Below are positions 1-12,009 of a DNA stretch of 64,000 nucleotides, in pieces (position 1 is the first letter of the stretch; every line of letters begins with the position of its first letter). The DNA lies in contig NC_042999.1 in NCBI RefSeq assembly GCF_006345805.1, positions 136,648,001-136,712,000 on the forward strand, read 5' to 3'. The notes below the pieces were generated by a model. The model saw only the letters and a program-made list of their open reading frames with translations. It was not told the origin of the DNA and ran no database searches. Source of the DNA: Octopus sinensis (taxonomy: Eukaryota). Both the position numbers and the translations under genes were made by a program.

Positions 1-699
1 CACATAAATTCCTGGTAGTATCACTTAATTGTTATTAGGACAGGCTGAAAAAATATATATCTTTTACTTGGCAGAATGTGAAGGCATTGCAAGTAAGTAG
101 TAAGCTGCTTAAGCAAAGCAATTGCTCTACAATATGTTTTATGGCCATATAAAGAAGTTTGTTTTACAGTCATATGATTCCAGGTTTGATCCAACTGCGC
201 AACAGCTTGTGAGTCAAATTTGGAAGGCAGAAAATGTATGAAATTCCTTGAGATGTACATGTGTGTGGGTGTTAAGTCTCACCTGGGTCAATGTTGTCTT
301 TCTTCCTTTTGATGTCGATAAAACAAATACTGAATAAAATATTGGACATTAATATGATTGACTAAAACTCTTCAAGTTAGTATTCCAGCATGGTGCAGAT
401 TGTAATTCACAAAATAGAAGAAATATCACCAACAGCACCATCATCGTATGAACCCACTTTATACCCTACCATCTTAAAATAAAGGAGACATTAGTAATGT
501 ATTATCAAAATTATTATCAGGTACCAAATATGGCATAATCTTCATTTTTAATTTTTTAAGAGAAGCTTCAAGAAGGTATTAGGAAACCTCTTTTGTTTTC
601 ACCTATGAAAATTCCATGTCAAGCATGTATTACATGTGAAGAAAGTTACTAAGCAGTGTTCGTTGACCTGATGGTGTAGGGAAGAAGGATATTTTTTTT

Positions 700-1025
700 T
701 ATCATTTGTTTCAATCACTGGACTGCAACCATGCTGAAGCACCACCTTGTAGGGTTTACTCAAGCAAATCATCTCTTGTACTTATTTTTGTTAAACCACT
801 AAATTACAGGAACATAAACAAATTTACACAAGTTATGAAGCAGAAGAAAGAGAGGGACACAAATACAAAGATATACACACATATATGATGGATTTTCGCA
901 TAATTTTCATCTATCTAGTTCATTCACAAGAAATTACTCAGCCTGTGGCTATAGTAGAAGACACTCTATGCTACACAGTGATGCTGGACCTGAAACTTGA
1001 AACTTCATGGTTATGAAGCAAACTT
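700..1025 (-). mobile_element. tRNA-derived SINE (octopus-type family), decayed
   Basis: Reverse complement of the SINE at 36600-37000: shares the tail ggtgctccagcatggccgcagtc..tgactgaaacaagt and the head region. Confidence 0.75.
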
Positions 1026-1479
1026 CTTAATTACATGATGTAATATACATGATTGTATACTACATCTGAGAAAATAATGGTATAGTTGTTGCTGAACTAT
1101 CTTTTATCATTGATCTAATCAAGTCTGAGCTAATCTGGAGATAAGCAGCATCAGCATAACATATACCAACACCAGAGTGTCTCTATGGTAGAAATGGCAC
1201 CCATAATTCTTTCAGATCACAGCTTATCATCTTTAAAAGGATGAACACATTGTATATGTCATCTCAGATACATGATGTTAGAAAATGGAATGGGATTGTC
1301 ATGATTGAAAAATTTTCATCATGGTTGACAGAAGACAAAATTATAATGTAACAAATCATCACCAAAATCAGCATCGCCATCATTACCAAACATTATCTGA
1401 ATCTCTTTAAATGCAGCTGAAAATAAGACATTTAAAAATTGCTTTTGTATTATTGTTACTAAATGTTGAATTCAAATCT

Positions 1480-1816
1480 TACTCAGATAGGATTTGAAAT
1501 TCAATCAGACATGTGCTTGTTCTCCAGGAATACAGAATCAATCATCGTGGTTGAACTGAATATTTCCCACCAGGTAAAGAAATTGAGATATTCGGACTTA
1601 GTCGACAAGGCCCTTGTAAAGGGCTGGCATATGGCCTCATTCCCCATTGAAGTCAGTTGTTATGGCTTTCCATCTAGATCAATGTGCTATTTCCTGCAGA
1701 AGATAGGTCTGAAACCCAGGCAACTGAAGAAAGCCATCACAGAAATAGGCACAGCAGTTGAAACTAGCTTGATGACTATGGTAAATAAGCGACCACAAGT
1801 AAAACCATTTCATTAG
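1480..1816 (+). mobile_element. HERO-like (R2 superfamily) non-LTR retrotransposon, C-terminal restriction-like endonuclease fragment
   Basis: ORF 1463-1816, QSDMCLFS...IIVVEL...RYSDLV...GW...FPIEVSCYGFPSRS...LQKIG, matches the RLE pattern RPD.VLWS...ELT...KY..L...GW...PVEVGCRGF. Ends at a stop codon at 1816. Confidence 0.7.
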
Positions 1817-3186
1817 TGAAGGCTAGCTCAGTCCTTACTGCTCCACTCAGGTAAAGTGTACAGGCAAAAAGGGTGAAATGATTTTAACCCTGACATACCT
1901 ACTGGCAATATGGTAAGGTTTCCAACATTGCAATGGATTTAGAAGAGCTTTCAAAACTTCTGAGTAGCTCCTTCATTTTCTGCCTGGCACACAGCATCTC
2001 TGATGTTTATTTTACCTCATCTTTTATCCCCCTAAAGTTGATAAAATAAAGTACCAGTTAAGTGCTTGGGTCTATTTAATTGACTAATCCCCTTCCACTC
2101 AAAATTCTATACCTTCTGGCTATATCAGTGACAGTTATTGTTACTAGATGTTATTTTTATTGATATAATTAGATATTATTATCATTGCCATAGGCTTTTA
2201 TGTGATTCTGTCCTTGCTATTACTGTTCTTATTATTAAAATGATATTATTGCTAGTGGTAGTCAGTTCTTTTGAATAATCACCAACACTTCTGTCTACTT
2301 AGTGTTGATTATCCGTCATTCCCTAAAAGAAAAAAAAATGTTTCAATATAGTGAATAAATGATACTTCAGGCAGTTTTATTGTCAAGGCAAAGATATACA
2401 GTGGTTTCACTAATGTTTGTGATGCTGCACTCTGGCAGTGTTCTGCTTTGCCTGCAAATTGGGTTTAGTGAAGAATTTCCTGTCATCATCTCCTCTGCTC
2501 AATCATTCAAAATGTCTAAACATTGGTAGGAAAAGTGATTGTCCTTCAAGATGTTTTCATTACTTTTCACTTGAGCTATCAATGCCTCTTTATATGACAA
2601 TAGCCATAATAAAAATAATAATAGTATTCACAACATTAACAACAATCCTAAATAATATCATCCAATAGCGTACAGTTATATATTTTTTCCATAAAGTTAA
2701 TGTATCATCCTTAACAGTTTACTAGCTTGGTTGGATTGATCCACATTCAGTATTAGCATTTTCCATATGTCCATTTATCTTTGGTCAGTTTTCTAGACTG
2801 TTCTGTGGCAGATGATAACTCATCATTCCACTTCAACTCACTGTCTTGTTCTGCAAAATCTGTTGGTTTATTTGACAAATCTTCCAACTAAATCATCTCT
2901 TTCATTTCTATCTATTTTATTATAAAAACGTTTAACTCAATTATAACTCTCTGTATATTTCACACTTTACTTTTTCTTCTCTCTATCTCTCTCTTTTTCT
3001 TCCCTCTCTCTATGTCTCTCTCTATATGTATTAGCGTATGTATATCTGCATATTTGTCTATGTATGTGTCTCTGTGTGTGTGTATGTATGTAGATACATA
3101 TTAGTATGTATGTCCATGTATGAAGGTGTATATATATGTATGTGTCTATATGTATGTCTATATATATGGTGTGTATATATATTATA

Positions 3187-3204
<18 letters not shown>

Positions 3205-3218
<14 letters not shown>

Positions 3219-3565
3219 GTGTGTATGCATATACATATGTGTATGTGTTTTGAATATATATGTATGTATGTGTGTGTATATACATATGGTAATGTGTTTT
3301 GAATATATATGTATGTATGTGTGTGTATGCATATACATATGTGTATATGTGTTTGAATATATATGTATGTATGTGTGTGTATGCATATACATATGTGTAT
3401 ATGTGTTTGAATATATATGTATGTATGTGTGTGTATGCATATACATATGTGTATATGTGTTTGAATATATGTATGTATGTGTGGTATGCATATAATCTGT
3501 GTATGTGTTTGAATATTATTGTTATGTGTGTGTATGCATATACATATGTGTATATGTGTTTGAAA
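3205..3565. repeat. 54-bp TA/TG-rich minisatellite, ~6 copies, inside a compound microsatellite (2980-3650)
   Basis: Repeated unit atatatgtatgtatgtgtgtgtatgcatatacatatgtgtatatgtgtttga-like; seen as the 18-aa periodicity YSNTYTHMYMHTHTYIHI in the ORF track. Confidence 0.85.
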
Positions 3566-3952
3566 TATATATATATATGTGTGTCTATATGTAAATCTAT
3601 ATGTGTGTGTGTGTGTGTATATATATATAGGTATGTATATATATGTATGTACTAGCTGACATACCTGGTAATTCCCGGGAAAGCAGTGCTTATCCTTTGG
3701 TTCTGTTCTCATAATTGTTTCACTAATCCAGTAACACAATGCGAAGTTATGTAGCCAAATCATGATGCATGTTATGCAATAGCAGGCTAATCGGGTATGA
3801 GGTAATAACAGTTCAAAGTAAATAACTCTGAAAAGGGCTTTTGTGCATTCCCAGAGAATATTACCCTCAGTGGCGCTAGTGTTGATATATGCTGTCATAT
3901 GCTCCCATAGCTACATCAAAGGAGCCCTTGGAGTCAGATTGCTTGACCCAAG

Positions 3953-4200
3953 TCAAATCTTTGCTGAACAGCTCCGTCTTCCTGGCATGGATTTCTGGAA
4001 CCACTGCTGACACTGGCTTACACTTATTGTTTGGTCCCCATCTACTGCTGGATTAATGTTCCTCACACTTTCTGTTGTATTGTTGCCTTTATTGAACTCA
4101 TAAAGCAAAATATGCTGAATATGCTCCTTTGTACTTCCATTATAGCTTTGAAGAAATAACTTAAAATCGAACTGCACTCTTCAAAACTTGCACTAAGAAT
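3953..4200 (-). mobile_element. Mariner transposase N-terminal (HTH) relic
   Basis: TKEHIQHILLYEFNKGNNTTESVRNIN...DQTISVSQCQQWFQK matches the mariner N-terminus (..H.RH.LLYEF.KG..A.E..RNI......S...CQ.WF.KF); truncated. Confidence 0.8.
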
Positions 4201-4528
4201 AAGGACAAGATAAAATTTCTAGCTACTTTTATAGCAAGTTGATGCAGGTAGTTTATCCCATCACCCTCCGACTTTTAGTTCAAGCAATTGAAAAAAAATG
4301 CCTTATTTATGTGATAATCTAATATATGTACAGAAATATTGCATTTCTAAATTTCTCAGAGAGATTTATACAGTAGCAGCATGATAAAGTAATGGTTTAT
4401 TGCCAACTTAATGTGGCTGTTCCATGAAAGTGAAGAATGCTACTGCTATTTAGCCTGAAGAAACACCATTTCCAGTTGGCCATGACACATTTTCAGTGTC
4501 CTTTTGTTTTCAAAGGGAGAGATAAGCA

Positions 4529-4566
4529 CCAGACTGATGATGTGCAATGACTCTGGAACTAGTCTC
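4529..4566 (+). ncRNA. Decayed upstream copy of the hammerhead motif
   Basis: CCAGA CTGATGA tgtgcaatgactct GGAA CTAG TC tc. GAAA is mutated to GGAA, helix II GAG to GTG, and the 3' arm of helix I is shortened by an internal deletion. Confidence 0.55.
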
Positions 4567-4705
4567 CCCCTTTGAAAGCATCACCTTATCGTGCTGCTAC
4601 TGTATAAATCTCATTGAGAGATTTAGAAATGCAATATTTCTATTTTTGAAATCCCTGAATGTATTTCACCTGAAATATATATGTTTTCAAAGGGAGAGAT
4701 AAGCA

Positions 4706-4746
4706 CCAGACTGATGATGAGCAATGACTCTGAAACTAGTCTCTGG
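4706..4746 (+). ncRNA. Minimal type I hammerhead ribozyme motif
   Basis: CCAGA (4706-10) / CTGATGA core (4711-17) / T-GAG-caatga-CTC-T helix II / GAAA (4732-35) / CTAG loop / TC, predicted cleavage after 4741 / TCTGG (4742-46) pairing with CCAGA. Conserved core nucleotides are present; the helix II closing position is T.T. Confidence 0.75.
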
Positions 4747-4935
4747 GTACTGGCTTTGCTGGGTGGAGGTGCTTATCTCCCGCCTTTGAAAACATAAGGA
4801 CACAGAAAATGTGCCAAGGCCAATGGGAAACAGTGTCTCCTAGGGCTAAATAGCAGTAGCATTCTTCCCTTCCATGGGACTGCTACATTAAGTTGGCAAC
4901 CATAACATCACCTAATATATGTATGTATGTGTGTG

Positions 4936-4994
<59 letters not shown>

Positions 4995-5929
4995 TTTCAC
5001 TAAAGTTCTATGTTGCCATTTATGATATAAGCTTTTAAAGTGCCTAAATTCCATTCAAAACATCTTGTATGATACAATAATTTAAAATGAATAATTGAAA
5101 GTCTAAGGATTTTAAAAGACGTCTCTATACATACATATTGATTTACACACATACTGATATACATCAATACACACACACACACACACACATATTATATATA
5201 CTTCTTAGCTTTGAATTACATTCATATAGTGGCCTAATACTTTCAACTAATCATGCTATCATTTTTTTAATACTAAAATACACTTTAAAAATATTTCAAG
5301 CAGAGAGAGAGGAGAGGGACTGAGAGAAAGAGAGAAATAAAATGATAGTGACTTCACAAACTACATATCTGTATTCCTCTTCCATCTCTGTACCACTTTC
5401 CCCCCAGCTAATTTTCTACTTTCTGCTCTCTCTCTCTCTCTCTCTCTTTCATGTTAACTCCTCCTCTTACTCAGCTTCTTGCTTTTTTTTTGTGTACCCC
5501 TCCTCTCTCTCTTTCTCAGCCAAGCCATTACAACTCCAAGCTACCTTCACCTCTCACTTTTCACTCCTACTTTCTGATGTTACATTATAAACATCATCAT
5601 GACTGCCACCACTACTACCATCTATTATATTTAACTCATTTTTCTCCTTTTTCTCTCATGTTCCCCTTTATATCCAGTATTTCAGCTTTTCTTTTTTCTC
5701 ACCCTCACTCAAACCAAGTCAATTTTCAGTAACTTTCACTCTCTTTCTCTCAATCTCAATATTTTACTACTTTTTTCTGTCTCACCCACCTTCTATTGCT
5801 TTCTCTATTCATCATTATCAATATCAATGTCACCATCATCACTCTCATAATAACCAGCTGTTTTATTCTATTTGAGTTACCCCCCTTACCGTGACGCAAA
5901 AGGTATGTAGGTAGGTAGGAATGCACTAT

Positions 5930-5937
5930 TGTATTTA

Positions 5938-5997
<60 letters not shown>
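5930..5997. repeat. (TA)n microsatellite; one of many (others at ~4940, 13120, 18140, 36760, 50830-51100, 55100, 60620)
   Basis: Directly visible dinucleotide run. Confidence 0.95.
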
Positions 5998-6001
<4 letters not shown>

Positions 6002-6059
6002 TGTAATTGTAGGAGAAAGAGCAGTAGCTTCACAGAGGATGTGGAGAGTGAAAGGCAAA

Positions 6060-6730
6060 GTTGTACTAGTTGAGACTAACAAGAGTGAAGAAGTCCTCTG
6101 CAATCAGAGCCCATGTTTCACTATTGCAGTTCTAACACAAGCCTCATACAATCTGTCCTTCACTCTGGAGCAAAATATTTCTGTTGCAATCAACATCAGT
6201 AACTCCATGTATTTTTCCAATTAGTTCTTACCACAGCTACTCTACTTCTGGAGTATCAGCTATTTTTAGTGAACCATTCAGGAATTTAGCAGAATCTATT
6301 TCCAGAGTGCTCATGGTATATATGCTCCAGTGTATCTGCCAAATATGAAGCTTGCTTTCTCTTTTAGTCCACCTGTTATTTCTCTATACTAATTGTGTGT
6401 CCATAGCTTACACAGGGTACTGTGTATGGATTTTATACCAACCCCTTTTCTACATATAATGCAAAGCCATATCCCTGAAGATATCAGCTCTGTCTTCTTC
6501 TCTACTTGCTTAGTGTTTATTAAGTTTATTTTGAGGCCTCTTGATTCTGAGTTTAGATTACATGCCTGAGATTTCATCTCAACTATATGGACTAAATCAT
6601 CAGCAAATAGTCATAAAATCCTCTGAGATGGCCTAAGGGACTATAAGAGAAGACTGAACCTTGATAGGCTTCATACTAAATTTGTCAGTGAAGTCATTGT
6701 TGACTCACACTTACTGCATCTTTGTACATA
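6060..6730 (-). mobile_element. RTE-clade LINE reverse transcriptase fragment, decayed
   Basis: ESRGLKINLINTK...SGIWLCIICRKGVGIKSIHSTLCKLWTH (ORF 6389-6577) and an upstream FADDLV-like motif at ~6590-6615. Confidence 0.7.
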
Positions 6731-7861
6731 ACTTGTATAATTCTCACAAGCCACTCATCTAATTGGTTTATTTTTGCAATATTTTTTACAATATACATGC
6801 ATGGTGTGATATTTTCATTGTGACTATTCTTGTCTGGTTCCTCATTTACTGCTATTTTCACCTCTACTCATAGCTTGTTGATACAAAAAGTTTTCTACAA
6901 TAGCTAAACTGCTTTTGTTTTCTCTTATAAATTACCAGTCTTGTTACCAAAAAAATTTACTGCTGTCATAGTTGCAAGTTTTGTTCAGTCTTTTTTCTGC
7001 TATACTATAGCTACATATTTCAATAAATGTTAAATGCTTAAATACATTAAGACTATTTTTAATATTGCTTGCTGGAATCAAGGGTAGTGGGGAGACCTTA
7101 CATACAGTAATTATTATATGCTACCAAATGTTGTAGTATAAAGCCTGTTGCATTTGTTTAGAGATTTTACCTCTTAACTTACATTAAAGCCAGAATCTTT
7201 AAAATTACTTGTGTAATGAATGACATCAGAAAAATACTTACAACAGTTAACATCAAAAGTTTCTATCAGAATCAATTATTCAGACTTGATGTCTGCATAA
7301 GATTATATACAAGATATATAGATATAAGAGTATGCACATTCATATGTGCAAACTTGTCTACAATACTGAAACCGCTACAGTAGTTAATGATCAATGTTCA
7401 TTAGAATAAAACTACTCAGTTTGCTTTAACCTGGAATATTTGGTATGTCTTAAAAATCTTTTTGAGCTCTGAAATTGATCATTGAACATAGCAGTTTCTT
7501 GCCATTTGAGCAATCGACATAGGGGGATCTCTGTATATGTAAAACAAGATTCCAAGTGGTTTTCCATTATAACAAATTAACTTATACATTACAGAACTCT
7601 GTTTTTGTTCCGAGATTAATTTAGAAGAATAACTGAATTGTACAAATTTTTTTTCACACTTCCACTTATATATTCAAGACAAAACTGGAAGATCCCTTTA
7701 CATTATCATCAGATTTAAGTATTTCAAATAGGGAACATTCCACAGTATTGTGTTCACACACAAATCTGCACAATAGTCATAGTTTGTGAAAACAGGAACA
7801 TGATTGTTCGTCTACTGCTGCTTATGCATAAATTATCATAATTTTCTAATTTTACCCGTTG

Positions 7862-8000
7862 CGGAGAAAATGTTCTTCTTTTGCTAGACAGAAATAGAAA
7901 AAAACATTAACTGGTTAAAAGTACTGGGACATTGACTCCTCAAGGGAACAAATATTCAGTAATATTGAAGACCTAAATCTGCTTCAGAGAAACAGCAGCG
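7862..8000 (+). repeat. Dispersed ~140-bp repeat; second copy on the - strand at 23563-23690
   Basis: aactggttaaaagtactgggacat.gactc.tcaagggaacaaatattcagtaatattg..gacctaaatctgcttcagagaaa is shared between the two loci. Confidence 0.7.
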
Positions 8001-8129
8001 CTACTTTTCCAATAAATAATTTTCTCCTTCACAACATTTTAAGGCCTTTAAATCTTGTTAGTTCTCATACAAATGGTCGATTCAGAACTTACATTGCAGA
8101 ATCTCAGTTTTTGGGCCAGAGCTACTCAA

Positions 8130-8345
8130 TAATCGTTTCTACTCTAGGTACAAGTCCCGAAATTTAAGGAGAAGGGGCCAGTCAATTAGATAAACCCCAG
8201 GATGCAACTAGTACTTAATTTATTAACCCTGAAAGGATGAAAGGCAAAGTCGACCCTGGCGGAATTTGAACTCAGAACATAACGGCAGACGAAATACCGC
8301 AAAGCATTTAACCCGGCATGCTAACATTTCTGCCAGCTCGCCACT
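8130..8345 (-). mobile_element. SINE, second family (ggcgagctggcagaaacgttagc head)
   Basis: Reverse complement of the copy at 60423-60615; B-box-like gagttcaaattcc and taagtaccagt/ctggggtcgat core. Confidence 0.75.
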
Positions 8346-8530
8346 TTAAGAGCTACTCAATTATGCTTTCAAAGTGGCCAGATGTTTTTTCTGTTCCATC
8401 CAAGGTACATAAGTATTTTTTTGTTATGGAGAGGAAGTCTGTTGCAGAAAAATTGTGAAGTCCTAAAGCAAACAGTCTGCAGTCTTGAACAGATACATTG
8501 TGTATATAGGGAATGTCCAAAATGTGGAGT

Positions 8531-10060
8531 TAAAAGTGGCCACGCAAGTCGCGGATACAAGCCGAACTGCAAGCACCAAATTTTATAGTTACCTGGTAAC
8601 ATCGAGTTATCAATCGCTGATAATCCAGCCTCGGCCTGTTTCATAATTTCCATCCCGCGACTTCTGTCTGACAATGTTTCAGCATATACTCGCCCCAAGC
8701 TCTTGACGGGCTCTTCCTTGACTGTTGGAATGCTTTCTTCAGCTATTCGAAACTTAAATTCTTTCTGCACTCTCTTAACAAATGTCAGACTATGTTACTT
8801 TTTTGCTCTAAATCTCATTCTTGACCACCTCACAAGTTCGTCTAATCTCAAGAGGGCATTCTGCATGATTTGTTTATCTGTAGCAAGAAGTGTCATGTCA
8901 TCCATGAAGGCTTTCTTAGGCGATTGTACATGGGCGATATGTTCCGAAAAATCTACAGCTTTCAAAATCATCTCCATGACTAAGATAAACCACGTGACAG
9001 ATATTGTACAGCCAGCAGCAATGCCAATCTCCAGTCGGTGCCAGTCTGTTGTAAAATCTCCAGCTGTAAACATCATTTCGAAACTGTCATAGTACATCCT
9101 CATTATTTTGATCACTTTGTCTGGAATGTGGAAGTGGTCCATGGCTCTTATTAGTAATTTGTGTGGCACTGAACCATACGCGTTAGCTAGGTCAACCATA
9201 CCACGTTCAGACTTTTCCTGTTCTGTTTGGCATCCTGGATCGCTTTTCAAATCGAAAAACAGTGTTCAACGTATTCAGGGATCCTGGAGATTCCAGCCTT
9301 TTGAACAGATTCATCAACATATCCGTTATTCTGTAAATATGTCACTGTTCTCCTCGAAAGAATTCCCATAAAGATCTTGCCTTCCACGTTCAATAAGGAT
9401 ATCGGCCTAAACTGTTTTATGGTCTTTGCATTGGCCTCCTTCAGCAGGTATGTACCGTCTGCCTTACACCAATCCTCTACTATAGTCTCCTCGCGCCACA
9501 CTTGTCGGAGTAGGACGAAGAGCTTCTTTCGCAGATGATTGCAATATTTATAGACTTTATATGAGACGCCATCACCTCCTGGGACACTCTTTGCTCTAGC
9601 TTTTCTTACAAAGTCATTCACCTCTCTCTCCCTGATGTCCCCAATCTAGAATTCGATATCAGGTCCTGAGAGATGATTTAGCCCATGTAGAGGTGGCAGT
9701 GGCTGGTTACGGTGCGGATCGCTGTAGGTTTCCTTGATATGAGCATCCAATTCTTCTTTTGTGCACGATAAAGAATCACTCTTCAGTTCAGTGAACAGCT
9801 TCTTAGTAAACCCGTAAGGGTCCTTCAGAAACTGCCCCCGAGTCCTTTTACTCTCCTTTCGACACTCATATCGGCGGATATGTCGTTGCACATAATGACA
9901 TTTCCATTTCAAATCATTATACAGCAGCGTGAGGCTAAGTTTCTCATCTTGTGTTGCACAGCTCCATCGCTTTCTTAGGTTTGTCTTTTCCTTCTTCAAC
10001 TGCTTCATTTTCCTGATCCTCCTGCTTGGTCCACACTTTCCTTTCACTAATCGGATATTC
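8531..10060 (-). mobile_element. HERO-like non-LTR retrotransposon, RT region, pseudogenised and truncated at both ends
   Basis: Consecutive - strand ORFs: KARAKSVPGGDG, FRPISLLNVEGKIF, QKAGI, DLANAYGSVPH, GIAAGCTISV, KAFMDDMT, LPGNYKIWCLQFGLYPRLAWPLL (HERO-like). There is a TGA and a frameshift near 9185-9250. Confidence 0.8.
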
Positions 10061-12009
10061 TCTTTTACTCCAAATAAATCCTTTCCTGTATATTGTCCAT
10101 AAGGAGCCAGAAATGCTTTTCTTTTAAATTTTGAACATGAAAAGGAGGTTTGAGTTTAATAAAGGCTATCAATAATTCCAGATCAGGATTCTTGATGATG
10201 ATTATTACACTGAACAGTCATTGCCACTATATGTGCACTGCAAATACTAAATATACCCAAGTGTAGAATTAAAAAGTGTACCTGCCAAATAATACAGGCT
10301 ATTGTTCAGTCTGAGAGAGAAGGACAGTATATATAACCCTTACAGACACCCTCAGACTTGTAAGTTTGATATACTTGTTTCATTTGGAAACATAACAACT
10401 GATGTCTATAAGAAAATGTGAAGGCAAGAATGGAATTTTAGTAAAATCAGGCTATGGTGAAATAAAAATTAAGAAAAGTATTTAGTATGGGGTGTATTTA
10501 GTGACGAAGTAAAAGTGATGACAGGAGGACTGCATGTCAAATGAGATTTAGGTGGAGCTAGTACACAGGTAGTAAATTCAGAATAGTAGAAACTATTTTA
10601 GTAATGATTTTTAAATGATGATGCACAGTAAAAGAGTGACAGATGAAGCTCATAGATAGGTAACTCAGCTAGGAAATTTTCATCCCATGAGACATGATTG
10701 CAGCCTCTTTGCCAAAGTTTTCAAGAGCAAAAGATTACTTGTGTGTGATGTAGAAGAGCAAGGCTATAATATAATTGGCTCAATAGAAATTAGAATGGTG
10801 GTTACTTAAGTGAAATGAGGACTGAAAGTGATAAAGTAGGAGGTAGTTTACAATGTTTTCCACTGACTTTGAGATTACTGATCAATAACTGTAAGGATCA
10901 AGTAGTTGTTATTCTTAAGATTGGAGCATACATCTGTATCTTTGGATACTGGGTCGATCATTGAAAGAAACAAAGGCTTGTAGAGTGTGGTGACTAGTAC
11001 ACACTGTCTGAGGCCAAGAAAAATATAATTGAAACTGGTAGCAGTAATCCAGTTTGTCTTGTGCCAACTTGAAAATTAATCAACTTTTAATCTTATGATC
11101 TGAGAAGGCTATTCCTCTCTTAGCTACACATTCTTCATAGCATGCTGGTATTTGGTGTGACAAAGGTAGCAGACATAAATACATAAAAATCATATATATT
11201 AAGAAGAAAATGTGAGATGTCAGAGTTAAATAAATACTTCTATTTGAAAGAAATCTATATTTCATATAGATTTCTTTCAAATTTAAACACAATGCATATC
11301 TCATATTTCATAAGTCTTTTGACAATCCAGAAGAATATTTCTACACAGAATCATACTATGCTGTCAAACTTACATTGTGTTTCAGTCAACATATGTCATA
11401 AAAGCATAACTATACAGAAATAATATTGTTGTAAAAACATTTGCTTAAAAGCATGCTACATTTAAAGTCCAATAATTTCTATATGCATTTTCTATATAAA
11501 AATGGAAAATAAAAAGTTTATCAGCTTAAAACTTAAAACAAATACAATTATTCCCTTAAGTATATGTATGACCTTTAAGAACAGCCATTTTATCAAGGTG
11601 CCTGACCTGGTTTGAGCAATTGGTTCCCATATTTCAGTTGCTTTTTTTTACAGCATATTCAACTGAATATGTATATATTTTCCATTGCTATAAAGCAGTA
11701 CTTTAATCTTCATAATAGTAAGAGGAGGATATAAGAATATATGTATATAACCCAACCATGAAGTGCAGGAAATTCTGAAACATTAACAGTTTTTGAAAAA
11801 TGTTGAAATTTAGAACAAAGGTTTGCTTTTATGACCATTTTATGAAGTCTTTCAACAACATTAAGGTTAGAGCTGAATTTAATAAAAGAGGTGAAGATTC
11901 AAAGATATGCAATTCCAATGGGATGAAATACTGGGAAAGAGTGTTTGTAAGAGAATTACTAATCAGTTGAGTGACTTTCTCTCTAATGTAGAATTATTTG
12001 AAAATAAAT

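Larger units (their letters stand above)
4332..4912. mobile_element. Foldback (long inverted-repeat) element(s) carrying central hammerhead-like motifs; two partial copies in tandem
   Basis: 4332-4393 is the reverse complement of 4579-4641; ~4398-4513 of ~4783-4901; ttttcaaagggagagataagcacc (4684-4707) of ggtgcttatctcccgcctttgaaaa (4768-4792). The ~60-nt core is duplicated at 4507-4565 and 4684-4742. Confidence 0.8.

Noticed and set aside
3205-3565. Regular 54-bp repeats as a CRISPR-like array
   Set aside because: No unique spacers, simple-sequence units and a eukaryotic context; an ordinary minisatellite.
3651-3950. ACTAGC-type start and a faint helicase-like reading suggesting a Helitron relic
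   Set aside because: Similarity too weak to support by eye; needs a profile search.
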